Positions 51,156 to 62,376 of a stretch of 64,000 bases of DNA are shown piece by piece. The translations under genes were made by a program, and so were the position numbers. How positions within the stretch are numbered: the first letter of the stretch is position 1; each line of letters opens with the position of its first letter. The DNA comes from Candidatus Poribacteria bacterium (lineage in GTDB: Bacteria > Poribacteria > WGA-4E > UBA9662), in NCBI GenBank assembly GCA_036339735.1, contig JAYZAL010000026.1, positions 24,929 to 88,928 on the forward strand. Reading direction: 5' to 3'. Under the pieces are notes generated by a model. The model saw only the letters and a list, made by a program, of their open reading frames with translations, searched no databases and was not told where the DNA came from.

Positions 51156-53372
51156 GTGGAAGTTCTCCAAGGAACAATTGAGAGAGTTGTATTTGAAAAC
51201 GTCGATAATGGTTATGTAATTGCTCGCCTTAATTCCGAGTCCTCGCCTGGAGAACTCATCACCGTTGTTGGAAACTTGGCTTCAATTAATCCTGGGGAAA
51301 GCTTACTGCTAAAAGGATTGTGGGTCAACAACCCTAAATACGGACGCCAGTTCAAAATCGAGCAGTACGAAACAGTCCTTCCTTCCACTATTATTGGCTT
51401 ACGTAAGTATTTGGGTTCCGGACTAATAAAGGGTGTTGGCCCTGTAATGGCCAACCGAATTGTTGATAAATTCGGACCTGACACACTAGAAATCATCGAG
51501 AATCAACCTGAAAAACTTAGCCAAGTTGAGGGTGTTGGAAAAAAGAGAATTGGTATTATCAAATCGGCATGGTCTGCGCAACGTGAGATCAAAAATGTGA
51601 TGATCTTTCTGCAGTCGCATAATGTTAGTACAACTCACGCTACAAAAATATACAAAACCTACCAAGACCAAGCTATCCCTGTTGTAAAAGAAAATCCTTA
51701 CCGTTTAGCCGATGACATTTACGGTATAGGTTTCAAAACAGCAGATTCTATTGCCCAAAATTTAGGTGTAGACAATGAATCACCATACCGAGTACAGGCA
51801 GGGCTAAAATATGTGTTGAGCCAGAAAGCGGAAGAAGGACATGTATTTCTATTTAGGACCGAGCTAATCTCTACATGCCAAGAGATACTAGAATTATCGG
51901 AATCCGCGATTTCTGAAGGGATCTCAGCTTTGATTGCAGCCGAAGACATAATATCCGAAACAATTCGGGAAGAAGAAGCAATTTTTTTAGCTCCTTTTTA
52001 CTACGCAGAAGTTGGTATCGCTAATATCATTGGTAGAATGTTGCAATTTCCACCTGCGTCTTTGAGCCAGGCAGATTTTGATCGATCGATTGACCAAATA
52101 CAGCATTCGCTTGCCATTCACCTGGCAAATGGTCAGAAGAAAGCTATTCAAACAGCGGTTAATTCCCAGGTAATGGTTTTGACAGGAGGACCTGGAACGG
52201 GAAAAACAACAACGACACTGGGTATGATTCGATTGTTAGAAAAATTAGGTTATAGAATACTGTTGGCAGCTCCAACTGGACGAGCTGCTAAAAGATTAAG
52301 TGAAGCTACCGGTCGGGAAGCTAAAACAGTACACCGATTGCTGGAGTTTTCACCGAACGAAGGTGGCTTTCAACGTAATCGACATAATCCCTTAGAGGCC
52401 GATGTGGTAATTGTAGACGAAGTATCGATGATTGATTTGGTTTTAATGAACAATTTGGTAAAAGCTGTCTCACAAAAGACCAAACTAATTCTAATTGGTG
52501 ATGTTGACCAGCTACCATCAGTCGGGGCTGGTAATGTACTGAAAGATATGATTGCTTCCGAAGTCGTCGATCTAGTTCGTCTGACCGAAGTATTCCGTCA
52601 AGCTCAGGAAAGCATGATTATTACTAACGCTCATCAGATTAATTCAGGTCAAGGACCAAACTTGACAGGCGACGCAAGTCGAGATTTTTTCTTTATAGAA
52701 GTTGATGATGTTGATCAAGTCGCTGAACAAATCGGTCAGTTAGTACAAAGTCGGTTACCCAAACATTATGGTTTTGATCCATTCAATGACGTTCAGGTCC
52801 TATGTCCCATGCGTAGAGGAGTAGTTGGATCGGAGAATCTGAATAAGTTACTTCAAAAGCTGCTTAATCCACCTAATTCGGGCATGATAAACAGTGGAAG
52901 TATGTTTCGTGTGGGAGACAAAGTAATGCAAGTCAGAAACAATTATGAATATGATGTTTTTAATGGCGATATTGGTCGAGTAGAGGCAGTTGACCAAATT
53001 GATAAAGTTCTTCAGATCCGTTTCCCAGACAAGATTGTTGATTACGACATGGCTGACCTTAACGAATTAGTATTGGCTTATGCTACAACAGTACACAAAT
53101 CCCAAGGCAGTGAATATCAAGCAGTCATACTACCTCTAGTGACACAGCACTATATAATGCTTCAGAGAAATCTGCTCTATACCGGAATCACAAGAGCCAA
53201 AAAGATAGTTGTCCTAATCGGCAGCAAACGAGCATTGAACATTTGTGTTCATAATAACAAGGTTACTCATAGAAATACCCACTTATCAGCCCGCCTGCAA
53301 GACCGAATTATAGCCACTACTAACGGTCGAAACCGACCTGATAGCGCTGATTACTCACTGTCAGGCCTCTGA
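51156..53372 (+). CDS. recD2: ATP-dependent RecD2 DNA helicase
   Basis: N-terminal OB and HhH regions (YLGSGLIKGVGP), GGPGTGKT, DEVSM, GDVDQLPSVG, AYATTVHKSQGSE, YTGITRA. Confidence 0.95.
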   Translation: MEVLQGTIERVVFENVDNGYVIARLNSESSPGELITVVGNLASINPGESLLLKGLWVNNPKYGRQFKIEQYETVLPSTIIGLRKYLGSGLIKGVGPVMANRIVDKFGPDTLEIIENQPEKLSQVEGVGKKRIGIIKSAWSAQREIKNVMIFLQSHNVSTTHATKIYKTYQDQAIPVVKENPYRLADDIYGIGFKTADSIAQNLGVDNESPYRVQAGLKYVLSQKAEEGHVFLFRTELISTCQEILELSESAISEGISALIAAEDIISETIREEEAIFLAPFYYAEVGIANIIGRMLQFPPASLSQADFDRSIDQIQHSLAIHLANGQKKAIQTAVNSQVMVLTGGPGTGKTTTTLGMIRLLEKLGYRILLAAPTGRAAKRLSEATGREAKTVHRLLEFSPNEGGFQRNRHNPLEADVVIVDEVSMIDLVLMNNLVKAVSQKTKLILIGDVDQLPSVGAGNVLKDMIASEVVDLVRLTEVFRQAQESMIITNAHQINSGQGPNLTGDASRDFFFIEVDDVDQVAEQIGQLVQSRLPKHYGFDPFNDVQVLCPMRRGVVGSENLNKLLQKLLNPPNSGMINSGSMFRVGDKVMQVRNNYEYDVFNGDIGRVEAVDQIDKVLQIRFPDKIVDYDMADLNELVLAYATTVHKSQGSEYQAVILPLVTQHYIMLQRNLLYTGITRAKKIVVLIGSKRALNICVHNNKVTHRNTHLSARLQDRIIATTNGRNRPDSADYSLSGL

Positions 53373-53392
53373 TCCACATATTAATGCAACTT

Positions 53393-55645
53393 CTATGATC
53401 CTATACTTTGTAGGAACCGGCCCAGTAGATCACCATATTTAGCGATTAGCCCAGCAAAGACAACTGATACCATGGACATCAACTTAATTAAGATATTTAG
53501 CGAAGGACCGGAAGTATCCTTGAACGGGTCACCAACCGTATCACCGACAACAGTCGCTTTATGAGCTTCGGAACCTTTTCCTCCTACTTCTCCAGTTTCG
53601 ACATACTTTTTAGCATTGTCCCATGCACCGCCGGCATTGGCCATCATAACTGCTAGAACAAAACCCGTTGCCAATCCACCAGTTAGTAGACCTAAAACTC
53701 CGGCTACACCCAAAAAGAGACCGATAAGTACTGGTATTGTAAGGGCAATTAATGCTGGGTAGACCATTTCTCTTTGTGCGCCAACTGTAGAAATTTCGAC
53801 ACACCTAGCGTAATCTGGTTTTTCAGTTCTTTGCATGATACCGGGTTTTTCCTGAAATTGTCGACGAACCTCTGTCACCATAGCTCCAGCAGCTCGTCCA
53901 ACAGCTTTCATAGTCAAAGCACAAAAGTAGAATGATATCACCGAACCAGAAAATAGGCCGACTAATACTTTGGGATTCATCAGCGTTACGTCGTAGTAAG
54001 TCATGAATTGTGGTATTGTGACCTTCAAGGTTTCGACTGGACCAACACCCGGAATGTTTAATACATCTTGATGCGCTGAGTGGATTAGGCCATAACGAAT
54101 TTCCTCAATATAGGCTGCTAATAAGGCTAAGGCCGTCAAAGCAGCAGATCCGATAGCAAAGCCTTTGCCGGTAGCAGCAGTCGTATTACCAAGTGAATCC
54201 AGTTGGTCAGTACGATGACGGACTTCAGGATCTAGCTGAGCCATTTCAGCATTTCCACCAGCATTATCAGCAATTGGACCGTAAGCATCAGTTGCTAGCG
54301 TAATTCCTAACGTAGCTAGCATTCCTACGGCCGCGATACCTACTCCATAAAGACCCATTAGCGGTTCAGTTGCCCCACCAGGAATATAAAAGCTAAGTCC
54401 AATTGCAATTACAATGGTGATTACCGGTATAGCAGTAGATTCCATTCCAACTGCTACTCCTTCAATAATCACCGTTGCTGGCCCAGAGCTTGATTGTTTG
54501 GCAATGCCCCTAGTTGGTGCATAATCGTGGGAGGTGAAAATTTCAGTTACTTTTCCAATAATTAGTCCTGCGGTTAATCCAGTAACAATAGCTGCCCAAA
54601 CCTGCCACTTATTGGGTAAATCGAGATAGTGAAGAACTAGTGCAGCAGCTACTGCAATGGCAACTGAGCTGAAGTTAATGCCAAGATTCAAAGCACTCAT
54701 TAGTTGCTTCATCGTCGCCCCTTCTTTAGTACGAACTAGATAAATACCAATAATTGATAATATGGCTCCTAAACCCGCCAAAATCATAGGGGCGGAAAGA
54801 TATTTTAATTGTAATTCAACATTGGTGTAATCTTTAGCTGCTACAGCTGCCACACCTAGAGCTGCGGTGGCAAGTATTGACCCAGCATAAGATTCGTATA
54901 AATCTGCCCCCATACCAGCCACATCTCCAACGTTATCACCTACGCTGTCAGCTATAACGGCTGGGTTACGAGGGTCATCTTCAGGAATACCAGCTTCAAC
55001 TTTACCTACCAAATCAGCTCCTACATCCGCAGCCTTCGTATAAATACCACCACCGACACGAGCAAACAAAGCTTGTGTTGAAGCTCCCATTCCGAAACTC
55101 AGCATGATAACAGTTATTTGTGGTAGAGGATTCTCAGCTAGAAAACCTGGAAAAATCTTTGGAAACAGATAATAAAGGATCAACAACCAAGCAGCGATGT
55201 CAAGTAATGCAAAACCGACTACAACTAGACCCATAACAGCTCCCGCTCGAAAGGCAATTCGAAGCCCATTGTTGAGACTGCTTTGAGCTGCACAAGCTGT
55301 TCGAGCTGATGCATTAGTCGCCGTTTTCATACCTAAAAAGCCACAAAGACCTGAGAAAAAACCACCCGTTAGAAATGCAAAGGGGACAACTTTATTTTGA
55401 GCTTCTAGACCAAAAGCCATAATTAGAAATATGACACATAGTAGAAAAAAAACCACACCAACGACTTTATACTGTTGATTGAGATAGGCCATAGCTCCTT
55501 CTCGAACGACTTGTGCTATCTCCACCATGGCTGGTGTTCCTTCACTTTGCTTCATCACCTCGCGATAGAAAATGTAGGCAAACAACAAAGAAATAATAGA
55601 ACCGACGGGTACGATCCACCAAGCAAATGGTAACGGTAGTATCAT
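53393..55645 (-). CDS. hppA: Membrane-integral cation-pumping pyrophosphatase, K+-dependent
   Basis: [59 protein letters not shown]. Confidence 0.96.
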   Translation of the reverse strand: MILPLPFAWWIVPVGSIISLLFAYIFYREVMKQSEGTPAMVEIAQVVREGAMAYLNQQYKVVGVVFFLLCVIFLIMAFGLEAQNKVVPFAFLTGGFFSGLCGFLGMKTATNASARTACAAQSSLNNGLRIAFRAGAVMGLVVVGFALLDIAAWLLILYYLFPKIFPGFLAENPLPQITVIMLSFGMGASTQALFARVGGGIYTKAADVGADLVGKVEAGIPEDDPRNPAVIADSVGDNVGDVAGMGADLYESYAGSILATAALGVAAVAAKDYTNVELQLKYLSAPMILAGLGAILSIIGIYLVRTKEGATMKQLMSALNLGINFSSVAIAVAAALVLHYLDLPNKWQVWAAIVTGLTAGLIIGKVTEIFTSHDYAPTRGIAKQSSSGPATVIIEGVAVGMESTAIPVITIVIAIGLSFYIPGGATEPLMGLYGVGIAAVGMLATLGITLATDAYGPIADNAGGNAEMAQLDPEVRHRTDQLDSLGNTTAATGKGFAIGSAALTALALLAAYIEEIRYGLIHSAHQDVLNIPGVGPVETLKVTIPQFMTYYDVTLMNPKVLVGLFSGSVISFYFCALTMKAVGRAAGAMVTEVRRQFQEKPGIMQRTEKPDYARCVEISTVGAQREMVYPALIALTIPVLIGLFLGVAGVLGLLTGGLATGFVLAVMMANAGGAWDNAKKYVETGEVGGKGSEAHKATVVGDTVGDPFKDTSGPSLNILIKLMSMVSVVFAGLIAKYGDLLGRFLQSIGS

Positions 55646-55683
55646 TTAGGTTTCCTTTTTTACTAATTTGAACATAGCTACTT

Positions 55684-57039
55684 TTAATTCTCAGGTTCCA
55701 GGTTTATATCAATGTTTGCAATATTGAGCTGTTTTAAAATTTCTCCAACTAAATAAATAGATCCGGTAACGCAGACTAAATCAGCGTTACTTTCTATAGA
55801 TATTTGAAATGCCTTTCTTACATCTGGAACTGACACGATTTCAGTCCCAAACGTCTTCCAATTTTCGGCTAGCATTTGCGCTGCAGTCACTCTTTGGTTA
55901 TTAAATGGTTGAGTTGTGATAACTAGATCAGCAAATTGGCAAATATATCGACCGATTGAGGTAATTTGTTTATCTTGCATCAAACTAACGATAACAATTA
56001 ATTTCGGTTTGTTAAATAAATGCGTGATGCTTTGAAATAATGCCTCTATGGAATCTGGCGTGTGTGCTCCGTCCAGAATCACTTGATTAACTAAACTTTG
56101 AGATCGATTTTCTAGAGAAACAACCTGAAAACGTCCCATCAACTTTGTTTTGGCTAATCCTTTCTCGATCACTAGAGGGGACAATTCTTGATTCAGTTTC
56201 AAATTCCGAACAGCGGTAACAGCAGTTGCGGCATTGATCGGTTGATATGGACCAGGTACTGAAATTGACAAGTTGGAATAACTACCGAAATCAAATAGTT
56301 GACCATTTACATCGTGCTCCTTTATCTTCAGATCAGGTGGGACACGAACAATAGGCGCCTGATGATGTTTAGCTGTTTTTTCAAATATAGAGTCAGCTGA
56401 TTCAGTTTGTGGGCCTAAAACAAGCGGGGTTCGCGGTTTAATAATACCAGCTTTCTGGTCAGCGATATCGGCAATTGTATCCCCTAAAACTTTCTGGTGT
56501 TCTAGGCTTATTGGTGTGATGACTGATAATTCAGGTTGAACTATATTGGTCGCATCCAATCGTCCACCCAAGCCTACCTCAACCACAGACCAATCTATTT
56601 CCTGTTGGGCAAAATAGTAAATGGACAAGGCAGTATAAAGCTCGAAGAAAGAGAGACGACCCCATCGGTCTTGTTGTTTGAGAACAGAGGCAACGGCGGG
56701 TTGAATATCGAATAAACATTGTGCAAAATCATTCTGAGAAATAGGAATGTTGTCAATGCAGCACCGTTCACGGGGCGAGACAAAATGAGGAGAGGTAAAC
56801 AAGCCGGTGCGATAACCAGCTTGAGTCAAAATGCTTGCGATATAAGTAGCTGTTGATCCCTTTCCCTTACTTCCACCAATGTGAACAAATCTCTGTTTTT
56901 TGTGTGGATTATCAAGACGTTCAAGAAGTTCGGTAATACGCTTTAAATTATAGTGACGAGCGTGCTGGCTAAAATTCGGGCTTTTTTCAGTATTTAAAAA
57001 TGTGTCAATATAGGCTAAAGCGGACAGGTAAGTGGTCAT
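55684..57039 (-). CDS. folC: Folylpolyglutamate/dihydrofolate synthase
   Basis: HIGGSKGKGST, FTSPH, EVGLGGRLDATN, LDGAHT, VTGSIYLVG. Probable ATG at 57039, just after the glyA stop. Confidence 0.93.
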   Translation of the reverse strand: MTTYLSALAYIDTFLNTEKSPNFSQHARHYNLKRITELLERLDNPHKKQRFVHIGGSKGKGSTATYIASILTQAGYRTGLFTSPHFVSPRERCCIDNIPISQNDFAQCLFDIQPAVASVLKQQDRWGRLSFFELYTALSIYYFAQQEIDWSVVEVGLGGRLDATNIVQPELSVITPISLEHQKVLGDTIADIADQKAGIIKPRTPLVLGPQTESADSIFEKTAKHHQAPIVRVPPDLKIKEHDVNGQLFDFGSYSNLSISVPGPYQPINAATAVTAVRNLKLNQELSPLVIEKGLAKTKLMGRFQVVSLENRSQSLVNQVILDGAHTPDSIEALFQSITHLFNKPKLIVIVSLMQDKQITSIGRYICQFADLVITTQPFNNQRVTAAQMLAENWKTFGTEIVSVPDVRKAFQISIESNADLVCVTGSIYLVGEILKQLNIANIDINLEPEN

Positions 57040-57043
57040 TCTG

Positions 57044-58312
57044 TCATGACCAAAGCAATTGGTCAATTCCCTCGTAAATAGGAAAAGTACGACACAGCCT
57101 TTCAACTTTGGTTTTGACTTTTTGGCGAGCGGGTGGACGCCGACGATTTTTGATAGTTTCAGTGATGAGATCAGCTACTTGGATCATTTCTTTTTCTTTC
57201 ATACCACGTGATGTTATCATCGGTGTTCCAATCCGAATACCACTGGTTGTATTGGCTGATCGAAGGTCAAATGGGATCGTATTCTTATTGACAATAATAC
57301 CGGCATCTTCCAGGTAGTTGGCTGCCTGACGACCACTTAGCTTCTCGGAAACAGAAGTCAGATCGATTAGCATTAGATGATTGTCCGTACCACCGGTAAC
57401 TAAACGAAAACCATTTTCGGTCAGGCGACTAGCCAGAGCAGCCGCATTAGTAACGACTTGTTTCTGGTAATCAGCGAATTCAGGTTGTGCGGCTTCTTTA
57501 AATGCCACAGCCCGGGCTGCAATAGCATGCATAAATGGGCCACCTTGCAAGCCAGGGAAGACTGATTTATCGATATCGTCGGCTAGTTCTTGCCGACACA
57601 TGATAATAGCGCCTCGGGGTCCACGTAATGTTTTGTGAGTAGTTGTGGTCACAACATCACAATAAGGGACAGGGTCGGGATGAACACCACCTACAATCAG
57701 ACCGGCTATATGAGCAACATCACCCAAAAGATAAGCACCAACTGAGTCAGCGATTTCCCTCCATGGCGCAAAATCAATCTCACGCGGGTACGCACTAGCA
57801 CCCACAATAATCAGGTTGGGCTTGTGTTTTTGAGCTAATTGGGAGACAGTTTCCAAATTTATCCGCTCAGTCTCAGAGTCTAGTCCATAATGGACTATTT
57901 CATAGTACTTACCAGAAAAGTTTTGTGGCAAACCGTGTGACAAGTGTCCACCATGATCTAATTTCATGCTCAATACAACATCCCCAGGTGAGAGTAAAGC
58001 ATGAAAAACAGCTAGATTTGCCTGAGATCCAGAGTGGGGTTGTACGTTGACGTGTTCGGCGGAGAATAAGGCCTTTGCACGATCAATCGCCAGCTGTTCA
58101 ATTTGATCACTATGGTCGCAGCCGTTGTAGTATCTGGCCGTCGGATAGCCCTCAGCATATTTGTTAGCAAAAACTGTACTTTGTGCCTGCATCACCGCAT
58201 GACTAGCAAAATTTTCGGATGGGATTAGGGTTAAGTAGTTCTGCTGCCGAGTCAGGTCGGCTACTGCGATTTCAAATACTTCGGGGTCAAATCTGGATAG
58301 GGGTTTCTTCAT
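57044..58312 (-). CDS. glyA: Serine hydroxymethyltransferase
   Basis: [48 protein letters not shown]. Confidence 0.97.
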   Translation of the reverse strand: MKKPLSRFDPEVFEIAVADLTRQQNYLTLIPSENFASHAVMQAQSTVFANKYAEGYPTARYYNGCDHSDQIEQLAIDRAKALFSAEHVNVQPHSGSQANLAVFHALLSPGDVVLSMKLDHGGHLSHGLPQNFSGKYYEIVHYGLDSETERINLETVSQLAQKHKPNLIIVGASAYPREIDFAPWREIADSVGAYLLGDVAHIAGLIVGGVHPDPVPYCDVVTTTTHKTLRGPRGAIIMCRQELADDIDKSVFPGLQGGPFMHAIAARAVAFKEAAQPEFADYQKQVVTNAAALASRLTENGFRLVTGGTDNHLMLIDLTSVSEKLSGRQAANYLEDAGIIVNKNTIPFDLRSANTTSGIRIGTPMITSRGMKEKEMIQVADLITETIKNRRRPPARQKVKTKVERLCRTFPIYEGIDQLLWS

Positions 58313-58336
58313 CGTTCTCCTAAATGAAAAGGCTAA

Positions 58337-58365
58337 ATTTTAACACGCTACAGGTGGGGTTTCAA
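58337..58365 (-). promoter_or_regulatory. Sigma-70 promoter for glyA-folC-hppA
   Basis: TTGAAA-N17-TAAAAT with extended -10 TG. Confidence 0.6.
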
Positions 58366-58706
58366 CCTAATGTGTAGATTTTAAATGACCGATGTATTTG
58401 CAATGGAAAACCATTATTTTAAAACCAGAACTAATACCACGAAGAGGCTATACAGTTCAGGGTCTTATCAAATAATGTGCTGAAAAATATAGATAGATAA
58501 AGAAACTATCTAACCTAATTATTTGGAAATGTCAGTCTACAAACGGGATGAAAATACTTATAGCAAAGGCGGGACGACCACGCTCAATTATCGAGCAATA
58601 GCAGTTGTCCAGACATGATGTGAAACGAAATTAAAATCAGAAAAACTTTAGTTCGCAGGGTCTAGTCTAAGGTAGATTTGCCTGATTATGTGATGATAGC
58701 GATGAA

Positions 58707-60179
58707 TCAAAATTTTCTTGACCAATTACTGAACCATCGTTCAACAACTACTTTCTTCTGAGTGAAAAATTCGACTGCATCTCTTCCTTGCCCATGCATA
58801 TCACCAAAGAAGCTGTCTCCCCAGCCACTAAAAGGAAAGAATGCCATTGGGGCTGCAACGCCCAAATTGATACCGATGTTGCCTACATGGGCTTGGTAAC
58901 GAAATTGTCTAGCGGCAGCACCGCTACTAGTAAAAAGGCATGCCATATTACCAAACCGACTTCTATTGACTAATTCTATAGCATCCTCGATAGTTTCAAC
59001 ATGTATCAGGCTCAAGACAGGACCAAAAATCTCCGTCTGCGCGATGTCGCTATCCGGTGAAACTTTTTCCAGGATAGTAGGTCGGATAAAGTGTCCTTTT
59101 TCAAACCTCTCAATTTTGGTTTGTCTACCATCCACCAAAATCTCAGCACCATTTTCTAAACCCAACTGAATTTGGTTTTCAATCCGGTTCTTACTTTCAG
59201 CAGTAATAACTGGTCCCATTTCGACTGATTGATCTAATCCGTTTCCAACCACACGTGTAGAAGCTTGTTCGGCAATAGCATCAGTAAACGGGGATCTAGC
59301 TTCGCCAACGGTTACAGCAATCGAAGCAGCTAAGCAACGTTGGCCTGCACAACCAAAAGCGCTGTCAGCTGTGATTTGGCTAGTCATCCCAAGATCAGCG
59401 TCAGGCATGATAATAATTGGGTTTTTAGCTCCGCCTTGACATTGGGCCCGCTTGCCATTACCTGTTGCTCTGGCATAAACCTTTTTGGCTACTGGGGTAG
59501 AACCCACAAAACTAATAGCCTTAACTTGAGGATGATCAATCAAAGCTTCCGCCACTTCTACATTACCATGAAGCAAATTAACCACGCCTTTGGGGAAGCC
59601 AACTTGATGCAATAGCTGGAAGATTTGTTGCATGGTATTTGGTACTTTTTCGGATGGTTTTACTATGATTGTATTACCACAGGCAATAGCATAAGGCAAA
59701 AACCAGAACACAATCATAGCTGGGAAATTAAAAGGTGTAATAGCCGCACAAACACCGACTGGCTGACGAATCATCGTCTCATCAATACCTTGGGCAATGT
59801 CTTCTGAATTATAACCCTGCATTAGCATTGGAATTCCACAAGCAACTTCGACATTCTCAATAGCTCGACGGAGTTCACCTTTAGATTCGGCTAAGGTTTT
59901 TCCACATTCTATTGTGATAGTCTGGGCTAATGAGTCTAGGTTTTCTTCCAACAGTTGCTTCAAACTAAACAGATACTGAATGCGATCGGTGGCAGGTGTT
60001 TGTCTCCATTCTTGAAGGGCTTTCTGGGCCGCCTGAACCGTACTATCAACATCAGTGGAAGATGAGGCTGGAATTTGACTAATCACCTCATCAGTAGTTG
60101 GGTTAAGGACATCAATTTTCTCACTAGCTGTTGGATAAACCCACTGTTGATTGACGTAATTAGGTAAAGTTTCTATCAT
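58707..60179 (-). CDS. mmsA: CoA-acylating (methyl)malonate-semialdehyde dehydrogenase (MmsA/IolA)
   Basis: [52 protein letters not shown]. Confidence 0.9.
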   Translation of the reverse strand: MIETLPNYVNQQWVYPTASEKIDVLNPTTDEVISQIPASSSTDVDSTVQAAQKALQEWRQTPATDRIQYLFSLKQLLEENLDSLAQTITIECGKTLAESKGELRRAIENVEVACGIPMLMQGYNSEDIAQGIDETMIRQPVGVCAAITPFNFPAMIVFWFLPYAIACGNTIIVKPSEKVPNTMQQIFQLLHQVGFPKGVVNLLHGNVEVAEALIDHPQVKAISFVGSTPVAKKVYARATGNGKRAQCQGGAKNPIIIMPDADLGMTSQITADSAFGCAGQRCLAASIAVTVGEARSPFTDAIAEQASTRVVGNGLDQSVEMGPVITAESKNRIENQIQLGLENGAEILVDGRQTKIERFEKGHFIRPTILEKVSPDSDIAQTEIFGPVLSLIHVETIEDAIELVNRSRFGNMACLFTSSGAAARQFRYQAHVGNIGINLGVAAPMAFFPFSGWGDSFFGDMHGQGRDAVEFFTQKKVVVERWFSNWSRKF

Positions 60180-60201
60180 TTTTTAAGTAGTTCCTTCAAT
60201 A

Positions 60202-61908
60202 TTAGATGCGACTGGCATAAACGTAGTAAGCTCCGATTGTTAAGCCATCTGAATCAGTTAAGTAGGTTTGCAATCTGGTCTCACCAGCAGATAGTTGAAA
60301 AGTAAAAGACACGCTTTTATCGGATGTTGATATGGCTTGTGTCTGTTGGTCTTCACCAATTTTGATGGTAGCGGATTGTAATTCTAAGGCTCTTCCACCA
60401 TTATACAAGTCGATGTTGTCGCCTGGAATACCTTCTGTAAGTCGGCGATCTTCCTCTCTGGGCCAACGTCTCAATTCAAAATGATATTCACCGTCATGGG
60501 CAAAATCGACTGCCCAGTAACCATTACAGACCAAACCTTGTCGAATTTGGCCTTGGTTCCAAGCATGTTGCTGGCCATGCCAATCATGGCTAGTTAGTAG
60601 AGATATCTGCTCCTGTCCACTACCAATAATAATGGGGCAGTCTTCATCAAATCGAGGTGAGACTAAGTCCCACCAATCCTCATAGTGTTGACATAGGTCC
60701 AGAACGACCTCGGGGTGTTGATCAGCTAAATCCTGACGTTGCTCTGGATCTAAGAGAATATCGTATAATTCTCGACCGTTGATCAGTCTCCAACGCTGAT
60801 TCATCGTTGCACTTTGTTTCCATTTAATCGGATGTTCAACTCTTTGCGAATCAGTAACAATTACTCTTTCAGCCAGTTGATCGATTTCAAATCTCAACCG
60901 TGGGGCTAAACTAATACCATGAAAATCTGCAGCCTCTGGTGAGTCAATATTACATAGATCAATCAGTGTTGGCAACAAATCGATATTGGCAGTCAAGTCA
61001 TCTATTTCATCTCCACTGGTGTGTCCGCCATTCGGCCAATGTAGAAAGACAGGCACCCGGTGACCACCCTCATATTCAGATCCTTTTTTACCTCGCATCC
61101 CAGCATTGAAACCATTAATCACAAATTGATCTCGGTCTAACTGACAACCTTCAGCTGAACCGTTATCGGTCATAAAAATGAAAATAGTGTTATCTGCGAT
61201 CTCTAGTTGCTCTAATTCCTGCCGCAATCGACCAATATTTTCGTCAATATTGGTGATCATCCCATAGAAGTTGGCTCTGGATTCTGGTACCTGTTGGTCA
61301 ATGTAGGGTGTGGCATATTTCTGTGGAACGCGAAATGGTCCATGTGGGGCGTTAGTCGGAATATAGCAGAAAAATGGCTGATCCTGATGTTTATGAATAA
61401 ATTTGGTGGCTTGCTCAAACCAAATATCGGTGCAATAGCCTTCGAATGATTCTTCAACACCATTACGCCAGTAAGTATCGTCAAAGTAATCGTTACCCCA
61501 GTAATCGGGCGTTTGACTAATGCCACCACCACCATGATAGAGGGATTCGTCAAAGCCTCTATCATGTGGACGGAAAGGATAGTTATCGCCGAGATGCCAT
61601 TTACCAAACATACCAGTCCGATAACCATTGGCTCGAAAAATGTCAGCCATAGTAGTTTCATCGTTACGCAATAGCGACCGACCACCGATGGTATGCCAAA
61701 CGCCGGTGCAATTGCAATACCGGCCAGTCATAATCCCAGCTCTGGTCGGGGCACAAGTTGGTCCAACATGAAAGTTCGTTAAACGAGTACTTTTGGCATG
61801 CAATTGGTCTAAATGAGGCGTATTAATAACTGGATTCCCGTGGCAGGCCAGATCACCATATCCCTGATCATCAGTAATTATGAAGACAACGTTAGGACTT
61901 TGGTTCAT
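60202..61908 (-). CDS. Arylsulfatase (formylglycine-dependent, S1)
   Basis: PNVVFIITDDQG, CAPTRA (CxPxR), GKWHLG, TDNG. Confidence 0.93.
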   Translation of the reverse strand: MNQSPNVVFIITDDQGYGDLACHGNPVINTPHLDQLHAKSTRLTNFHVGPTCAPTRAGIMTGRYCNCTGVWHTIGGRSLLRNDETTMADIFRANGYRTGMFGKWHLGDNYPFRPHDRGFDESLYHGGGGISQTPDYWGNDYFDDTYWRNGVEESFEGYCTDIWFEQATKFIHKHQDQPFFCYIPTNAPHGPFRVPQKYATPYIDQQVPESRANFYGMITNIDENIGRLRQELEQLEIADNTIFIFMTDNGSAEGCQLDRDQFVINGFNAGMRGKKGSEYEGGHRVPVFLHWPNGGHTSGDEIDDLTANIDLLPTLIDLCNIDSPEAADFHGISLAPRLRFEIDQLAERVIVTDSQRVEHPIKWKQSATMNQRWRLINGRELYDILLDPEQRQDLADQHPEVVLDLCQHYEDWWDLVSPRFDEDCPIIIGSGQEQISLLTSHDWHGQQHAWNQGQIRQGLVCNGYWAVDFAHDGEYHFELRRWPREEDRRLTEGIPGDNIDLYNGGRALELQSATIKIGEDQQTQAISTSDKSVSFTFQLSAGETRLQTYLTDSDGLTIGAYYVYASRI

Positions 61909-62321
61909 TCATCCTCTTCCTTTTCTACAAAGTCGATAGCCAAACCATTTATACAGTATCGTAAACCTGTTGGCTTAGGTCCGTCGGGAAAAACATGTCC
62001 CAGATGTCCATCACACTTGGCACACAGAACCTCTATTCGCTTCATGAAGTGGGAGTTATCTTCAGCAGTATCGATACAGTCCGAATCCATGGCTTGATAA
62101 AAGCTAGGCCAACCACAACCAGAATCAAACTTTGTTTCCGATACAAAGAGGGGGTTACCACAGCCCGCACAAACAAAAGAGCCTTCACCTAAACCTTTCA
62201 TCTCGTTAGTAAATGGACGCTCTGTACCTTTCTTACGTAAAATTTTATACTGCTCAGGAGTTAGCTTTTTCCGCCATTCTTGATCACTTAATTCGATCTT
62301 GTCTTTTCGATTTTGGCTCAT
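61905..62321 (-). CDS. msrB: Peptide methionine (R)-sulfoxide reductase
   Basis: GTERPF, two CxxC zinc motifs, SGCGWPSF, HLGHVF.DGP, RYCIN. Confidence 0.97.
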   Translation of the reverse strand: MSQNRKDKIELSDQEWRKKLTPEQYKILRKKGTERPFTNEMKGLGEGSFVCAGCGNPLFVSETKFDSGCGWPSFYQAMDSDCIDTAEDNSHFMKRIEVLCAKCDGHLGHVFPDGPKPTGLRYCINGLAIDFVEKEEDE

Positions 62322-62376
62322 TTTGGGCTCCTACTGTACATATACTTGTTATAACAATATTGTCTACACTTTCAGC

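Noticed and set aside
58313-58400. Possible ZTP, THF or glycine riboswitch upstream of glyA
   Set aside because: The predicted promoter leaves a leader of only about 20 nt, and no consensus is visible on the minus strand.
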